The translations under genes and the position numbers were made by a program. From positions 36,890,001-36,954,000 of the forward strand of contig JAGIQG010000019.1 of NCBI GenBank assembly GCA_024679065.1: a stretch of DNA of 64,000 nucleotides. Direction: 5' to 3'. This stretch comes from Sphyrna mokarran. Taxonomy: Eukaryota. The notes below the pieces were generated by a model that saw only the letters and a program-made list of their open reading frames with translations, made no database searches and had not been told where the DNA came from. This document shows, in pieces, positions 12,025 to 25,004 of this stretch (position 1 is the first letter of the stretch; each line of letters begins with the position of its first letter).

Positions 12025-13699
12025 GTAAGATAAAACATTGTCAGCTTCTTCAGTGTAATTTCAGAGTATTTATTTGCAACAGTAAAATTTCCTTTTGACA
12101 TTGGTGGAAGAATTGTTTTAATTGCTATGGGTGAGGTGGATACAGATAACATAAATCAATCAATCCATTCACAGAGAAAATGCTAGCCCATATCCCCACA
12201 TCTTGTCATCAAATTTTTTAATTGATTCAAAGATTTTTTTGTCTTCCATGTTCTATCCAAGGTCCATATCATTCTAGATGAAGAACTTCCGACATTAGTA
12301 ATAAATTTTTCTTATATGTTTTAATTTGTGCCTGATGTCTCAGTTGAGGTAGTGTTCAGAATGGATTTGTTATATTTGTCCAATGTTGCATATATAAAAC
12401 AGAGAAGGTCTCCATAATTGATTTTATGATCTTGTTACAAGGATTGAGCAGAATAATTGCTTTCCCCTTCTAGCAGAATAGGTCTTTCTAAATAAACTTT
12501 TGTGAAGCTCTAAATTATTTAGCGAGCTTTTGTAATTAGCTTTTAATCACTACATCCCAAATTCTTCCCCTCCTTGCTGTCTTCCTTTCTCTTGCTTTTT
12601 CTTCCCACCTGTTCATTTCCCCATGTTCTCTTTCCTGCCTTAGCCTTTCTTCCATCATCTCTCTTTTCCCCCACTCCACCTTTCTTTCCCACACCTCCCC
12701 ATCTCTCTTTTCCCTCCACCTCTGTTGATTGGAAATTATATTTTACAGGTTGTATAATATATCTCACACTCTCAAAATAGACATTGTTGCTAATTGTCAT
12801 ACAAAAAATTTCCATTTCCGTCCATAGCTGAAGTAGAAACTGAAGCCATGTTTCCTGTGGTTTCTCTGCAATAGCATTTTGAGCTGAACAGATTGCACTT
12901 TAGCTCATTTGACATCAGACTTATTGGTCTTACCAAAGGTGGAAGCAATGGAATGTGGCTGATGATGACAGCCCTATGAAGGATGGTATACTCTTCCTTC
13001 TTAGTGACTGCCTCAACTTTGGTCCTCCAGATGGCTGGAGGGTGCCATCTGTTTTGACAGAACTGACATTCATTCCAAATATCACTGCCACTGACTGGTG
13101 AAGGCTACTTACTACAGCCTGCATTCTTTGAATGGCAATATACAGTTGCTCCATGTGCTCTGTGTGCTTCTGTATGTATCTCTCCGTGAAGCTGGCCACC
13201 GTCCATACTGAAAAACTTATGCACTCCAAGCCCTGAAACATGATATTGTACAAGAGCTGAATGGACTTCTTCATTCCCACTCCATGACCTCACTGAACTC
13301 TGACATCAAAGACTACACATGTTGTTGCTGGTTTAAATGGAGCATCCTTTGCTTTGACTCCCAAGACTCTGCATCTGTGCCAGCTGAATAGGGCTATGTC
13401 TATCCTCCATTTTCTCGGGGGACTATCCACAGCTTGCTCTGCCTGTCCTGCATGCCCATGACATGCTTTTCACCAAGTGCCACCTTGAATTTATATGTGG
13501 GAAAATTCACTGAGGTGACTGTAACTGGTGAGGTTGTGATTGTACAGCATGGTGGTGCTTGCTGTGCTCTAGCAACATAATCTAACGATGGGTACAGGAA
13601 CTGGTTTCCGAGTCTCAATGAAAGAACCTGACATGAGAAGAGATTATGAAAACTAGCCTTTGAGAGCAGAAACCTCTTCATGTTGAGGTTTCCTAACGC

Positions 13700-13990
13700 A
13701 GTTGAGTCTTCACATCCTGTCTGATGAGTCGGACTTGGGTTTGATTCCTGGCTTGGATCACTGTCAGTGCAGAGTCTGCACATTCTCCCCACGGCTGTAT
13801 GGGTTGCCTCCGGGTGTTCCGGTTTCTTACCACAGTCCAAATGATGTGCTGATTACGTGCATTGGCCATGCTAAATTCTCCATCAGTGTACCCGAACAGG
13901 CACCGGAGTGTGGTGACTAGAGAATCTTCACAGTAACTTCATTGCTTTGTTATTGTAAGCTTAGTTGTGACACTAATAAATAAATTAAAC
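13700..13990 (+). mobile_element. HE1-like SINE
   Basis: cacattctccc..ctccgggtgttccggtttc core and gtgacactaataaataaa tail. Confidence 0.8.
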
Positions 13991-14199
13991 TAAATCATAT
14001 AAAGGTTGGATAACGTTGTGACCTATTTTCCTGCAATGACAAAAGGGACAAAGATAAAGCCCTGCTGGCCTCTGTTCAAAGCCAATAATTAATATTTCTA
14101 AAAGGCTGCATGTACGAGTGTTAGAAAGACCTCAACAATGCTATGACTCAGAGTCTTGCTAAAGAATTAGTAAATATCCTGTCATGTATTCCTTCTGTG

Positions 14200-14975
14200 T
14201 TCAGGAGAAACATGTGCCATCAGGCTGCTCAGCAAGTACACCTATACCCATAGGCCTTTTCTGAGGGCTCGATGTTACACTCATCTTGCCTGGGTAAATA
14301 AAGTCACTGAGCTTCTTCCTGCATTGCATCAGTTCCTGCTGACCACACACATCTGCTAATGATCTCTGTCGCCTTGTTCTATGCCAGCATGATTTGTAAG
14401 GGTGGCCTTCCCCTGCTTCACCCAGAAAGAAAACCTCCTCCTCTCCCTCTTTGCCATAAGGAAGGCCTCTAGGATGGCAAAAACAAAGCAAGGACAGCCC
14501 TGCCCCAAGTCCCAGTCTTTCTCACTTCAAGTGCAATACTATAAGTAAACCCCAATTCAGCAGCCATAGTACAAGTAAGTTTAAATTGGGCAAGCTCTCC
14601 TCCAAACTTATCTCCCTTCTTCCCACTCCCTCTACATAATGGACAATAATAGACAACATGTGCTACAGCCTCCAGCCAATCAACAGTCCACTGTCAAAAT
14701 TGTGGACTATGACTTCTCCCTCCTCACCCAGACCCACCCTGCTGGCAGGATCAGTCTTGTTGCCCATTTCCCAACTCTGGGAAGAAAATCAGACCTCAAG
14801 AGTAATGAATTCATGTGACTTTATGGATTTGGTTGTTAAAAAAACACAAAGACCAGAAATCTACCACCTTGCCCGCCACCGAATTGGTGTATGTGAGGGT
14901 TCAACAACAGAAGTCTCCGTTGGCCTCAGGCGGGAATTTCCAGTCTGGCCCCGAGTGAGACCATAAAATCCTGTC
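14200..14975 (-). mobile_element. Harbinger-type remnant (Myb/SANT-like ORF fragment)
   Basis: ORF 14201-14491 contains W..LADV..QCRKKLSDF, resembling the Myb/SANT protein of PIF/Harbinger elements. Confidence 0.5.
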
Positions 14976-15939
14976 CAAAAGGTCTACAGTATAACATGCA
15001 ATCTGCAATCATAGATTTGAACCATTTAGATGAGCTAAAGCAAGCAAAATAAATAATAATAATAGATTACAATGAGACAATTAGTATTACATAGAAAATT
15101 GAGATTAAAGATTAAATCATCACATTAAATTCATTATTAAATAAAAATAGTGGCACTGGTATAATGCGTAATCTATACAGACAGGACAGATGGATTCCTT
15201 TTTTAATTGTGGTAACTTTTGACATACACAACAAAACATGAAAGCAGACTTACCAAAAAATAAATATGGCTGCACAAATTAAAGCCTCTTCTAGCAGACA
15301 TCTAGGGTAAAGTTTGGACTGTAATTTTGGCTGGAATCACGTTTTCTGGAAAGATCTTACGCAGACAGATCCTTTTCTGGCTCAACAAAGAGATGGGCTA
15401 ACCCTGGGGTCTATTTTGCTTGGGACACAGCATAGTATTGGTGCAAGTATATCCAATTTTCATTAAACACAACTAAGCAAAGATTGCTTATCTAGATTCC
15501 TGAGGAGAAGATTCAACTTCACTTAGAAGTACAAAACTTGAAAATTGCTGAAGAAGATAAACATGCACTCACCAGAATAAATGCAAGAATGTCAAATTTC
15601 AAAAGTTTGCAGTAATTTATACTACAGGAGAAAAGAGTGCTGATTGGTTGACAAGTGGACACAAGTGGAACGTGCCACAATGAATTTTCAGGGCCTATAA
15701 TTTTACCTCAAATAAATTTCTATAAAATATTAATCTTGTTTCCTTGTCCCTGAGGGCTTTGTATACATTTTTCAGATTAATGAAATGAGCTTATATGGCT
15801 TAATACTATTTGTAATCATACCACAACTTTTGTGGCACCCAAATAGGTGCGAATGCTTCTCAGAATGATATTACACCACTAGCCAAAAGTTAGCTTAGTT
15901 GACAACTTAAATATGAATTATATGGAACTTCATGCATTG

Positions 15940-16225
15940 GGATGGCATAGTGGCAAGCACTGCTGCCTCACAGCTCCAGGAACCTGTGTTTGATTCTTGA
16001 CTTGGGTCACTGTCTGTATGGAGTTTGCACATTCTCCCCATGTTTGCGTGGGTATCCTCCAGGTGCCTTCCACAGTCCAAAGATGTGCTAACTTAGTCCT
16101 TAATGTTCCAGGATGTGATAGGTTAGAGGGATTAGCAGGGTAACTAAGTGAGGATAGGGCCTGGGTGGGATTGTTGTCAGTGAAAGTTCAATGGGCCTCC
16201 TTCAGTACCATAGGGTTTCTATGAT
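15940..16225 (+). mobile_element. HE1-like SINE
   Basis: ggcatagtggcaagcactgctgcctcacag head; ggagtttgcacattctcccc core. Confidence 0.8.
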
Positions 16226-16437
16226 ATTATGATGCAACATTAGATATTCCATTCTGCAATGACCCATTGATGGAGATGAAAAGAAAGATGGAGCTGTGAA
16301 AAAAATTGCTGCAGAAAGAAGCTACTTGTATAAAGTATATACTTGTGTAATATACAAGTATTTACACTTGTATAAATGTGTAAAATTTGAGTCTTAGCAG
16401 GTTGGCATATGTTGATTACAAAATTCATATTTTACAG

Positions 16438-16545
16438 GTCATAATGGACATCTCAGGGTGTCAACACTCATTTTACTTTCCATATGTAGCGGAACAGCTT
16501 GCATTATTCTTCTTGCGCTCTTCTTTCTCAAAAAATGTGCATGTG
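16438..16545 (+). CDS. Gene 1 exon 4: stalk + transmembrane (GHNGHLRVSTLILLSICSGTACIILLALFFLKKCAC)
   Basis: Acceptor tttacag|, donor g|gtaagt, phase 1-1; hydrophobic stretch followed by KK stop-transfer; no charged residue in the TM. Confidence 0.88.
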
Positions 16546-17449
16546 GTAAGTGGATCCCAAGCAAACAAAGTTCACTCCATAAAGGGCAAAGCCTATTTCC
16601 AAACTTGATGGCTCGAAACCACAATCCTTATTCCTCCTCCCCTCAGAATCAGCAATCTGCAAATCTGCAACTGATATAAATTTGCATCTTAAATACCAAT
16701 AATATGTTCTAAGTTTTACATTTCCCTGGCTTAGAACAGCTCAACATTAGTGCCTTTCTACAATCACTTTATTCATTTACTTTCTTTGTTCAAAGTCTTG
16801 GATTGTGCCGTTTCCTCAGGACATGACACCTGTCTTCTTTACAAAAAAGCAGATTTAGTTTTATAAACTCTCTTCACTAATCCAATACTTAAATCTGTTT
16901 GTAATTCCCTTTTTGTGAAGCCTGGGTCACTGCTTTAAATCCAATCATAAAGGATGTCTCCATGCATGAGTGTTTCATCGCTGCAGCATTGATTTAAGAA
17001 TGTAAAAACCTTGCTTTATTGACAGTGCAGTATTGCATGTTATTTAAAAAATCTTTTTGTAATATTCCATATTCAATATTTATCAATGATTATGTTTTTT
17101 TAATAATGGGCTGCTTTCAGTTTGAACAATGGTAGTCCAAATGACACACCGCTATCATCAACTAGTCAGGCTCTGAATGTTAGAATCCAAAAAGTAATAT
17201 TATATTTATTATTTGTGCATGATGTGAAAGAAATATACTGAAGAAAGTTAATTTCCCATGATATAAAGGGAGTCTATACCAGCTGTCCGTTAATGGGAAT
17301 GCACAATTATAATTATAAACCTGAATTTCCCACTGTTGAGCACACAAAATTCAGTGGGGCTGCAAGTAAATGTGGAGCCCATTCCTGGACAAAATTGCAT
17401 TGTCAATGTATCTTCACACTGGGTAGCCAATTAAGCATATAATGCATTC

Positions 17450-17890
17450 TTGGGAAGGCTGGAAGAAGCAGGTAGATGCGCGAATGAATGGGGCACCAGT
17501 TTGATTGGGGATTTCGCAGGCAGCATCCTGAAGGCTGCCAGGGGCTCTGGGAAAATCACTGTTCTTCACAGGATCAAAGAAAAGCTATCTGCAGCACCTA
17601 ATGACTTCAGCATTCAGTCTACACAGGAGGTGGGAGGGCAAGTCTGGTGGACACTCTGCACACTGTTTCACAGATGAGTGCCTGATCATCCTCAGGATAG
17701 GAGCTCAGTGCCAGGTATCATGTCCTGATGCCCAAGAATGGGAAGAGAAGGCCATCGCATGTCACAACAAAGTCATGAACAGAGATGGCAACCCAAATCA
17801 GTGTCTATGATGTTGGGCACTGTATGTGGAAGAAATGCTGCAAAATTTTCAACAATCTTCTGTGTTTGGCAAGGGTGAGTACAGAGATAG
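17450..17890 (+). mobile_element. Harbinger Myb/SANT-like remnant
   Basis: WKKCCKIFNNLLCLARVS motif in ORF 17785-17973. Confidence 0.45.
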
Positions 17891-18539
17891 CATGGAACTA
17901 TGGGGAGATATGTACTTGGGTGATCATTACTCATCACCTTCAGGTAAAAGAGTGTGTGCCCAACTTGCATTGAAGCCTTTTGCTAGCCAGGGTTGAAGGG
18001 GTAAATGTGCCATTGTGCCACAACCTGGTTTTTGGGGCAACAGTCCAGGCTGGAATGGTACTGCAGGGAGAAGAAGCATTACTGATGGAATCAGTTCTTC
18101 CCTTTCAAGAGAAGAAAAGCATAATGTGGTGGAGTGGCAAAGAATGGGAAGCTGTGGTAGCATAGCATCTATGAGTGGGCTTTGTGGCAATTGATTGCAA
18201 GTTCAAGAACAGTGGAGGAATGCAGGGTCAAAAGTATGCTGTGGAAGTTGAACGTGAGTCCAAACTCACATTCTGTAGAGGTGATGCATGAGTCCAAGCT
18301 CATGTTGCAGCGATTAAAGGGCAGAGGTTGGAGGTCAGCAGTTGAAGTCTGATAGTTGACCCCCAGAATTGAAGAATATGGAAGTCTTTGTTGTCCTACT
18401 TTGAATATAATTTTCTTTGAATAAATAATTTGATTACTTTCACCAGCTCACAGAATCCATGACAGGTAAAGTCTGCCTATTATAAAAAAGTTTCTGCAGC
18501 AAGTAAGTAAAGAAAAGTAAAAAAAAATAAATCCTTTTG

Positions 18540-19485
18540 AGTCAGAGGCTGACCATTCTGTTCAATATATTGAAAGACTCTGTTATTTATTTGCCACTAA
18601 TGAAATTACATGGGAAGTTGAGAGAAAAGTCATTCTGCTTATGGTATGTGGACCTCAGACAAAAAAACTTATTAAAAATTTAATACCACCAGGAATCTAG
18701 ATAATAAATCTTTTGATCAACTCGTAAATTTATTATTATAACCCTAGAACATCAATCGTCATGCAGTATTTAAGTTTAACTCTGCTGTAAAGGATCCATT
18801 TATGTCAATTGCGTTATAAGTGGCAAGATGAAAAATTTAGCTGAACCATTTGAATTTGGACTTAGCTCCGGAAAATAGCTCCGGCAAGTGCAGAGAAAGT
18901 TGCAGTGCGTGTATAAAGGCAAGGCGAACGAGCAATGACACAAAACTTTTTTGGCAAGTTGGGAAGACATAGTTTAGAGTACAGAAGAGATAGAGCAGAA
19001 ACTCAATGTGCAAGGCAGGGAACAGAAGAAAAAGAAAACAGGTCAGCCAGACAGAAATTCTGATGAATGTTTTAGATGCAAGGAAGATCAACCCACAGAA
19101 GAATTTCCAGGATTCTATTTGTCTGTTTTGGCCACAATCAGAGAGCTCACATCTGAATCAAGCACCAAGTCAAACAGAATATACCTAGTTTAAACAAAAA
19201 ACTCCAGTGCACAATTTAAAATATGTTTGAGAAGAGGAATTTGAATTGAATAATGTAAAAATGAGTAAATCAGATCTGATAGTAATAATAACACTGGTAA
19301 GCAGGTGGCCACTATCCAATGCTTCTGTTATCATTGTAGGGCAGCAGGCATTTAAGTACCTTTGAGGCAGTGTTCAACCCCTAAAGTTAAATAATCTAAT
19401 AGAATTGGTTGAGGATTCAAGATGATTTGTAATGATTATCACCCACAAGGGTTTATTTCAGTATACCAGGTTACTTTTGGGTGAC
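18540..19485 (+). mobile_element. Degenerate Gypsy LTR retrotransposon internal fragments (gag, RT)
   Basis: YLFATNEI..RKVILLMVCGPQTKKLIKNL (gag-like, ~18580-18690); ITHKGLFQYTRLLFG-like RT motif at ~19438-19482. Confidence 0.65.
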
Positions 19486-19738
19486 CTAAGTCCTTAATTG
19501 AGTTATGTTTCATTTATGCTCAAGTCATTTTGTTACAAATGATAAACACAAATCACACACATTTATTTACGTAGTTCCTTTTCTCTCATTAGTCTTTGTT
19601 CTTTCAGTTTGTAACTAACTTCATGTTATAATATTAAGCAAATATCAGAAAATGATACGAAATATATTGTTATATATCTTGCAGTTCACTGCTTACAAAA
19701 TATTTTGCTACAATACATTATTCTAATATTTTATATAG

Positions 19739-19812
19739 AAAGAAAAGGAACTCAAGAACAAAAACGAACTCAAGCTAATCATGGAAGATTGTACCATAGG
19801 CAAGATGACACG
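19739..19812 (+). CDS. Gene 1 exon 5: cytoplasmic (ERKGTQEQKRTQANHGRLYHRQDDT)
   Basis: Acceptor ttttatatag|, donor acg|gtaacc; open in phase 1 and exits in phase 0, bridging exon 4 to exon 6. Confidence 0.7.
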
Positions 19813-21106
19813 GTAACCTTAATTTGTAGAATATGAATATGTAAATGGAGACCTAGCATCTGTTATGGGTTCAAAGCAGGTGACAAGCCTGACCCTATTC
19901 AGGATTATTCTGCAGCCATCAGTAAAATGTATTAAATCAAAGCTCTTCATATCCAATTAGGTGTATGAAGCAGACTGGCCTGGTCTGAGAGGATATGGGC
20001 AGGCAGACTTTTGATGAGTTCAAATTTATGAAGAGTGGAAGATGGGACTCTGGACAGAATACCATAGGAATAATCAAATTTAAAGAAGAGATGGGGTGTA
20101 GAGATATTATCATTGGACCAATAATTCAGACAACCAGAGGAGTGTTCTGGAGACCAAGGTTCGATTCCTACCATGATTGATGGTAAAATTTGAATTCAAT
20201 AAAAATCTGGAATTAAAATCCAATAATGACCATGAAACTATTGTTGATTGTCGTAAAAACCCATAATAATGCCCTTTAAGGAAGTAAATTTGTCGTTCTT
20301 ACCTGGTCTGGCTTACATGTGATTCTGGCCCAACAATTAGGGGTGGAAATACATGCTGGCACAGCCAACGACATGCACATCTCATGATTGAACTTAATAA
20401 AGGTTTCAGCAGGTGGCCAGAAAGAACTGACACCAGGGGTTTGCCAGTGGGAGCTGACGCTGAAAGAATAGAAGATGCTCTTGGATTCATTTTCTACTGA
20501 CAATTAGTAGTTTCACTGGAAAAATCTGAAGAATAAACCATTCAATAATAGAAAATGATGGAATAATGTGAGTGGAAAAATAATAAAATTATATTCATAT
20601 CAGTTTCAGAACATTTCTCTTTGCAATGACTGAGGAATTGAGAGCTGAAGCTATGATAGAAGTCCAAACACAGATTGTTTTGATTGATTGCCGTAAAATG
20701 TTTAATATATGCCATCAACTCACTCAAATTGGTATGTGAAACCATTGTCAAAACAAAAAAATGAATAAATTAGTATTACTCTGCTCTCTGCTCTTTGCTT
20801 ATCTCAGTTGAAGAGCAAATGTGTTGTTTATCTGTTGAAAATTTCTGGTGAAGGGCATAAGAACAGCAAATGTGTAAAGAACAAGTCAGCAAAAATGAGA
20901 TAAAACAAGTGCCAAATTTATAATTTGAAATATGTAGGTTGTACAAGTGAATGGGCTGAGGAAGATAAGTGTAGGAAAAGCAAATATATTTGTATGTTTT
21001 TCCCATTTTAATAGTAACTTTGCAGATTTTCATAGTAACTTCATTGCAATGTTAATGTAAGCCTACTTGTGACACTCAAATAAATTTAAACTTAAAATTT
21101 TTGCAG

Positions 21107-21229
21107 GATGAGAACAATGGAAATAATATCTACTATGCAGAACTGGAATTAGGAAACTTGCAGAAACTAAGAAGAAAGGAAGAGGAGGTTGTCTACAGCA
21201 CAGTGTTTTTTTCAAAATCTGGTGAATAG
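21107..21229 (+). CDS. Gene 1 exon 6: terminal exon with two ITIMs (DENNGNNIYYAELELGNLQKLRRKEEEVVYSTVFFSKSGE*)
   Basis: Acceptor tttttgcag|, phase 0; IYYAEL (21128-21145) and VVYSTV (21188-21205) fit [IVLS]xYxx[LV]; stop TAG 21227-21229. Confidence 0.87.
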   Translation, partial: DENNGNNIYYAELELGNLQKLRRKEEEVVYSTVFFSKSGE

Positions 21230-21249
21230 GAAGAAAACCCAACAAATAC

Positions 21250-21950
21250 TAACAAAGAACAAAGAACAGTACAGCTTAGGAAACAGGCCCTTCAGCTCTC
21301 CAAGCCTGCACCACTCATTGGTCCAACTAGACTACTTGTTTATATCCCTCCATTCCCAGTCTGTTCATGTGACTATCCAGGTATGTCTTAAATGATCCCA
21401 GGGTGTCCGCTCCACCACCCTACTTGGCAGTGCATTCCAGGCCCCTGAGTTAAAAAGGTCCCTCTGATAGCTGAGTTAAACATTGCTCCTCTCACTTTGA
21501 GCCTGTGACCCCTCATGATCATCACCTCCGACCTGGGAAAAAGCTTCCCATTGTTCATCCTATCTATGCCCTTCATAATTTTGTTCAATTCTATTAGGTC
21601 TCCCCTCCATTCTCCATCCTTCCAGGGAGAACAACCCCAGTTTACCCAATCTTTCCTCATAGCTAAGACCCTCCACACCAGGCAACATCCTGGTAAACTT
21701 CCTCTGCACTCTCTCCAAAGCCTCCACGTCCTTCTGGTGGTGTGTGGTGACCAGAACTGGACACAGTACTCCAAATGTGGCCTAACCAACGTTCTATACA
21801 GCTGCAACATCAGACTCCAGTTTTTATACTCTATACCCTGTCCTGTAAAGGCAAGCATGCCATTTGTCTTCTTCACCATCTTCTCACCTGTGCTGCCACC
21901 TTCAAGGATATGTGGACTTGCACACCTAGCTTCCTCTGTGTTTCTCTACT
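21250..21950 (-). mobile_element. CR1 LINE 3' fragment, just downstream of the gene 1 stop codon
   Basis: ORF 21388-21879: LQLYRTLVRPHLEYCVQFWSPH; (aacaaag)n tail at ~21250. Confidence 0.9.
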
Positions 21951-23134
21951 GTCGATGGTTCTCTGTGTTTCTACACTCTTGATGGTTCTGGCTTGAAACC
22001 TCTTACCATGTTTACCATGCTTACCATGTTCAAGTTAAACTAGTCACAACAGCAGTCAACTGGAATTTAAAAAAAGCCAAAGCAAGTATTTTGCCATGGG
22101 CATGTCCTACTGAAATGAAGCAAAACCTTTAACCTTCTGAGTACCATATTCATTTGAAACTTATTTGTTAATTAACAGTTAAAAATAAACAAGAATCATC
22201 TGGAAAAAAATCTTAAATCAAACTGCTACATCTAAATTCTTCTTTGTAATCATTCTCACAGCTTTTCCACTTCCATTTTCTTGGAATTGGATAGTTAGCT
22301 GTGTGTTGTAATTAGACTTTAACTTATATGTGCTTTTGTACTCTGATTATACATGTTTGTATATTTTTTTTCTACATGTGTACCTGGTGCCTGAGTGCTC
22401 CATTTGTCTCTGTGCAGTCTTTGTGTACTGCATATGGTCTAGCTGGGTTTTCACACTATGTATGTGATCTCTGCAAGTGTTATTTTTGTCCATGCAATGG
22501 TTTGCAGTGCGGTGTGGGATTTAAATACATATTTAAATGCTGCAACTAGAATTTAATCAAAATTGTTACATAACGACTCAGGTGAAGATTTTTACATGAT
22601 AAGGGCACAGGAAGTGAAGTAGACAAGGAACGTAATTTCATCCTGCTGCTCCTTTGCCAGTGCCATGCCATCCCCAGGCCATTTTCAGGAAGTTGTTGGG
22701 TATAGAATAGCTGCTTGCAGCAAGTAGTGGTGGCATGTTAAGTCAATTAACAAGCCATTTAAAGCTTGTACCAGAGAGCACTGGGATTTTCCAGTTGGGC
22801 TGTAAGCTCCTTGTGGCGTCAGAATAAGTAATTTGCCTGCCTGCAGAGGGCCTGAATTCTGGGGTGATTTTTGAGTCCCGTTCATCCACCTTTTCACAGC
22901 CAAGACAGCAAACTACTTGTCCAGCAACTATGGCTATTTTTTTCCTTTCAAATGTTTTATAAGTGCTGGGAAGGTGCCTAAGTGGAGGGACTCTCTTTCT
23001 CCCTTCTGTCAATAGCCATATTATGATGGCCACTGGATATTGTCAATAGATCTCCCCATGGGCCTCCTCGAATACAAGCTCCCTATTAAGCAAGTGGAGG
23101 CTCGCCAATAAAGAGGGAGCATTGGTGGGGGTGT

Positions 23135-24490
23135 AAGAACATAAGAAAAAAGAGCAGGAGTGGGCCATCCAGCCCCTTAAGCCTGCCCGCCATTCAGTAA
23201 GATCATGACTGATCTGTAGTAGTTCAGTACCACTTTCCCGCTTTCTCTCTGTATCCCTTAATTCCCTTGTCAATCAAAAACTTATCCACTCTTGACTTGA
23301 ACATATTTAGTGAGGAAGCTTCCACCACTTCATCAGGCAGAGAATTCCAAAGATTCACCACCCTTTGCATGAAGAAATTCCTCCTCAACTCTGATCTGAA
23401 CCGCCCCCCCCTCCCCCAATCTTAAGGCTGTGCCTTCTAGTCCTGCTATCTTTGCTAAGCAGGAAGAGTCTCTCAACCTCTACCCTATCCATCCCCTTCA
23501 TTATCTTATACATCTCTATAAGATCCCCTCTCAGCCTTCTAAACTCCAAAGAGTACAAACCTAGCCTATTCAGTCTCTCCTCATAATCCAATGCCCTCAT
23601 TTCCGGTATCAGCCTAGTAACCTTCTCTGTACCCCCTCCAAGGCCAATATATCCTCCCTCGAATGCGGCGACCAAAACTACACACAGTACTCCAGCTGCA
23701 GCCTCACCAGTACCTAGACAGCTGCAAAAGTACCTCCCTACTTTTATATTCTACCCCCCTAGCTATAAGGGCCAACATTGTATTCACCTTCTTAATCACC
23801 TGCTGCACCTGCAGACTGTGTTTTTGCGATTCGTGCACAAGGACCCCCAGGTCCCTCTGCACTGTAGTATGCTGCAGCTTTTCATCATTTAAATAGTAAT
23901 CCTTCCTACCATTAGTCTTACCAAAGTGGATAACCTCACACTTGCTAACATTATACTCCATCTGCCAGGTCCTCGCCCATTCATTCAACCTATCCAGATC
24001 CCTCTGCAGGCTTTCCACACCCTCCACGCAATTTGCTTTTCCACTCACCTTCGTGTCATCAGCAAATTTCATCACCCTGCACTCAGCCCCTTCCTCCAGA
24101 TCATTTATGTAAATGGTAAATATTTGAGGCCCCAGCACTGAACCCTAGGGCACTCCACTAGTCACCAGCTGCCAATCAGAATAGCACCCATTAATACCTA
24201 CTCTCTGCTTCCTATTAGACAACCAATTCTCTATCCAGTCTAACACCCTATCCCAACTCCCTGCACCCTAATCTTCTGCAGCAATCTTTTGTGAGGCACC
24301 TTATCAAATGCCTTTTGGAAATCCAAAAACACCACATCCACCGGCTCCCCTCTAGTCACTTCCTCATAGAACTCCAATAAATTCGTCAAGCACGACTTCC
24401 CTTTAACAAATCCATGCTGCGTCTGCCTGATCAAACAGATCGTATCCAGGTGCCTCGTTATTTCTGCTTTGACGACAGATTCAAGCATTT
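23135..24490 (-). mobile_element. CR1 LINE RT fragment
   Basis: QHGFVKGKSCLTNLLEF, DFQKAFDKVPH, KFADDTK in the ORF track; frameshifted. Confidence 0.92.
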
Positions 24491-25004
24491 TTCTGGGTGG
24501 ATTCAAATCAGCCAGGTGCACTCAGGCTGGCAGTCAAAAGACTTTGGGACTGATCTATACTCTGTGGCCACTGAGCAGCACTTTGAGTATATTGTCAATG
24601 AAGGGTGATGGTGACAGAGTACTGGCCTTGATAAGATTGTTAGAGGCAGGCTACAGCTTCTTTAGTACTGGGCAGCTTTCTATTGGCTCTCCCACTTCAA
24701 GTGCCTGCCTGCATGCCAACCTTAATTGGAAGGCAAGTGTGCCCTCTGGTTGCTATTTGGCAGTTCAGCAAAATTCAATTTTGGGTTGCTGCTCTTTACA
24801 GCGTTGAGTCAACCCTGCACTTGATACCAATGTCAGGCTCTTGACTGTAAGTAGAAAATCCCTCTTTTGGAATAGTTTTTAACATATAAGAAAGTATTAT
24901 ATTATCAATTAATCTATTAGCTTTCTTTCACATTTTAATTTGTTCTGCGGGCCTAATTTGAATATTACTGCACATGGCTTAATGCTTTTACTTTGTGGTT
25001 GAGC

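Noticed and set aside
15940-16010. tRNA genes at SINE heads (also ~6130-6205, ~29190, ~54236)
   Set aside because: tRNA-derived SINE heads continuing into SINE body; no complete cloverleaf
16546-16679. Read-through of the gene 1 TM exon as the real cytoplasmic tail
   Set aside because: A consensus gtaagt donor and in-frame downstream ITIM exons explain it better; no signalling motif in the read-through. Possible only as a minor isoform
18447-18465. Candidate micro-exon (caccag|...ag|gtaaag) in gene 1 intron 4
   Set aside because: 19 nt would shift the frame of the downstream exons, and extending to the gtaagt at ~18503 hits stops in all three frames
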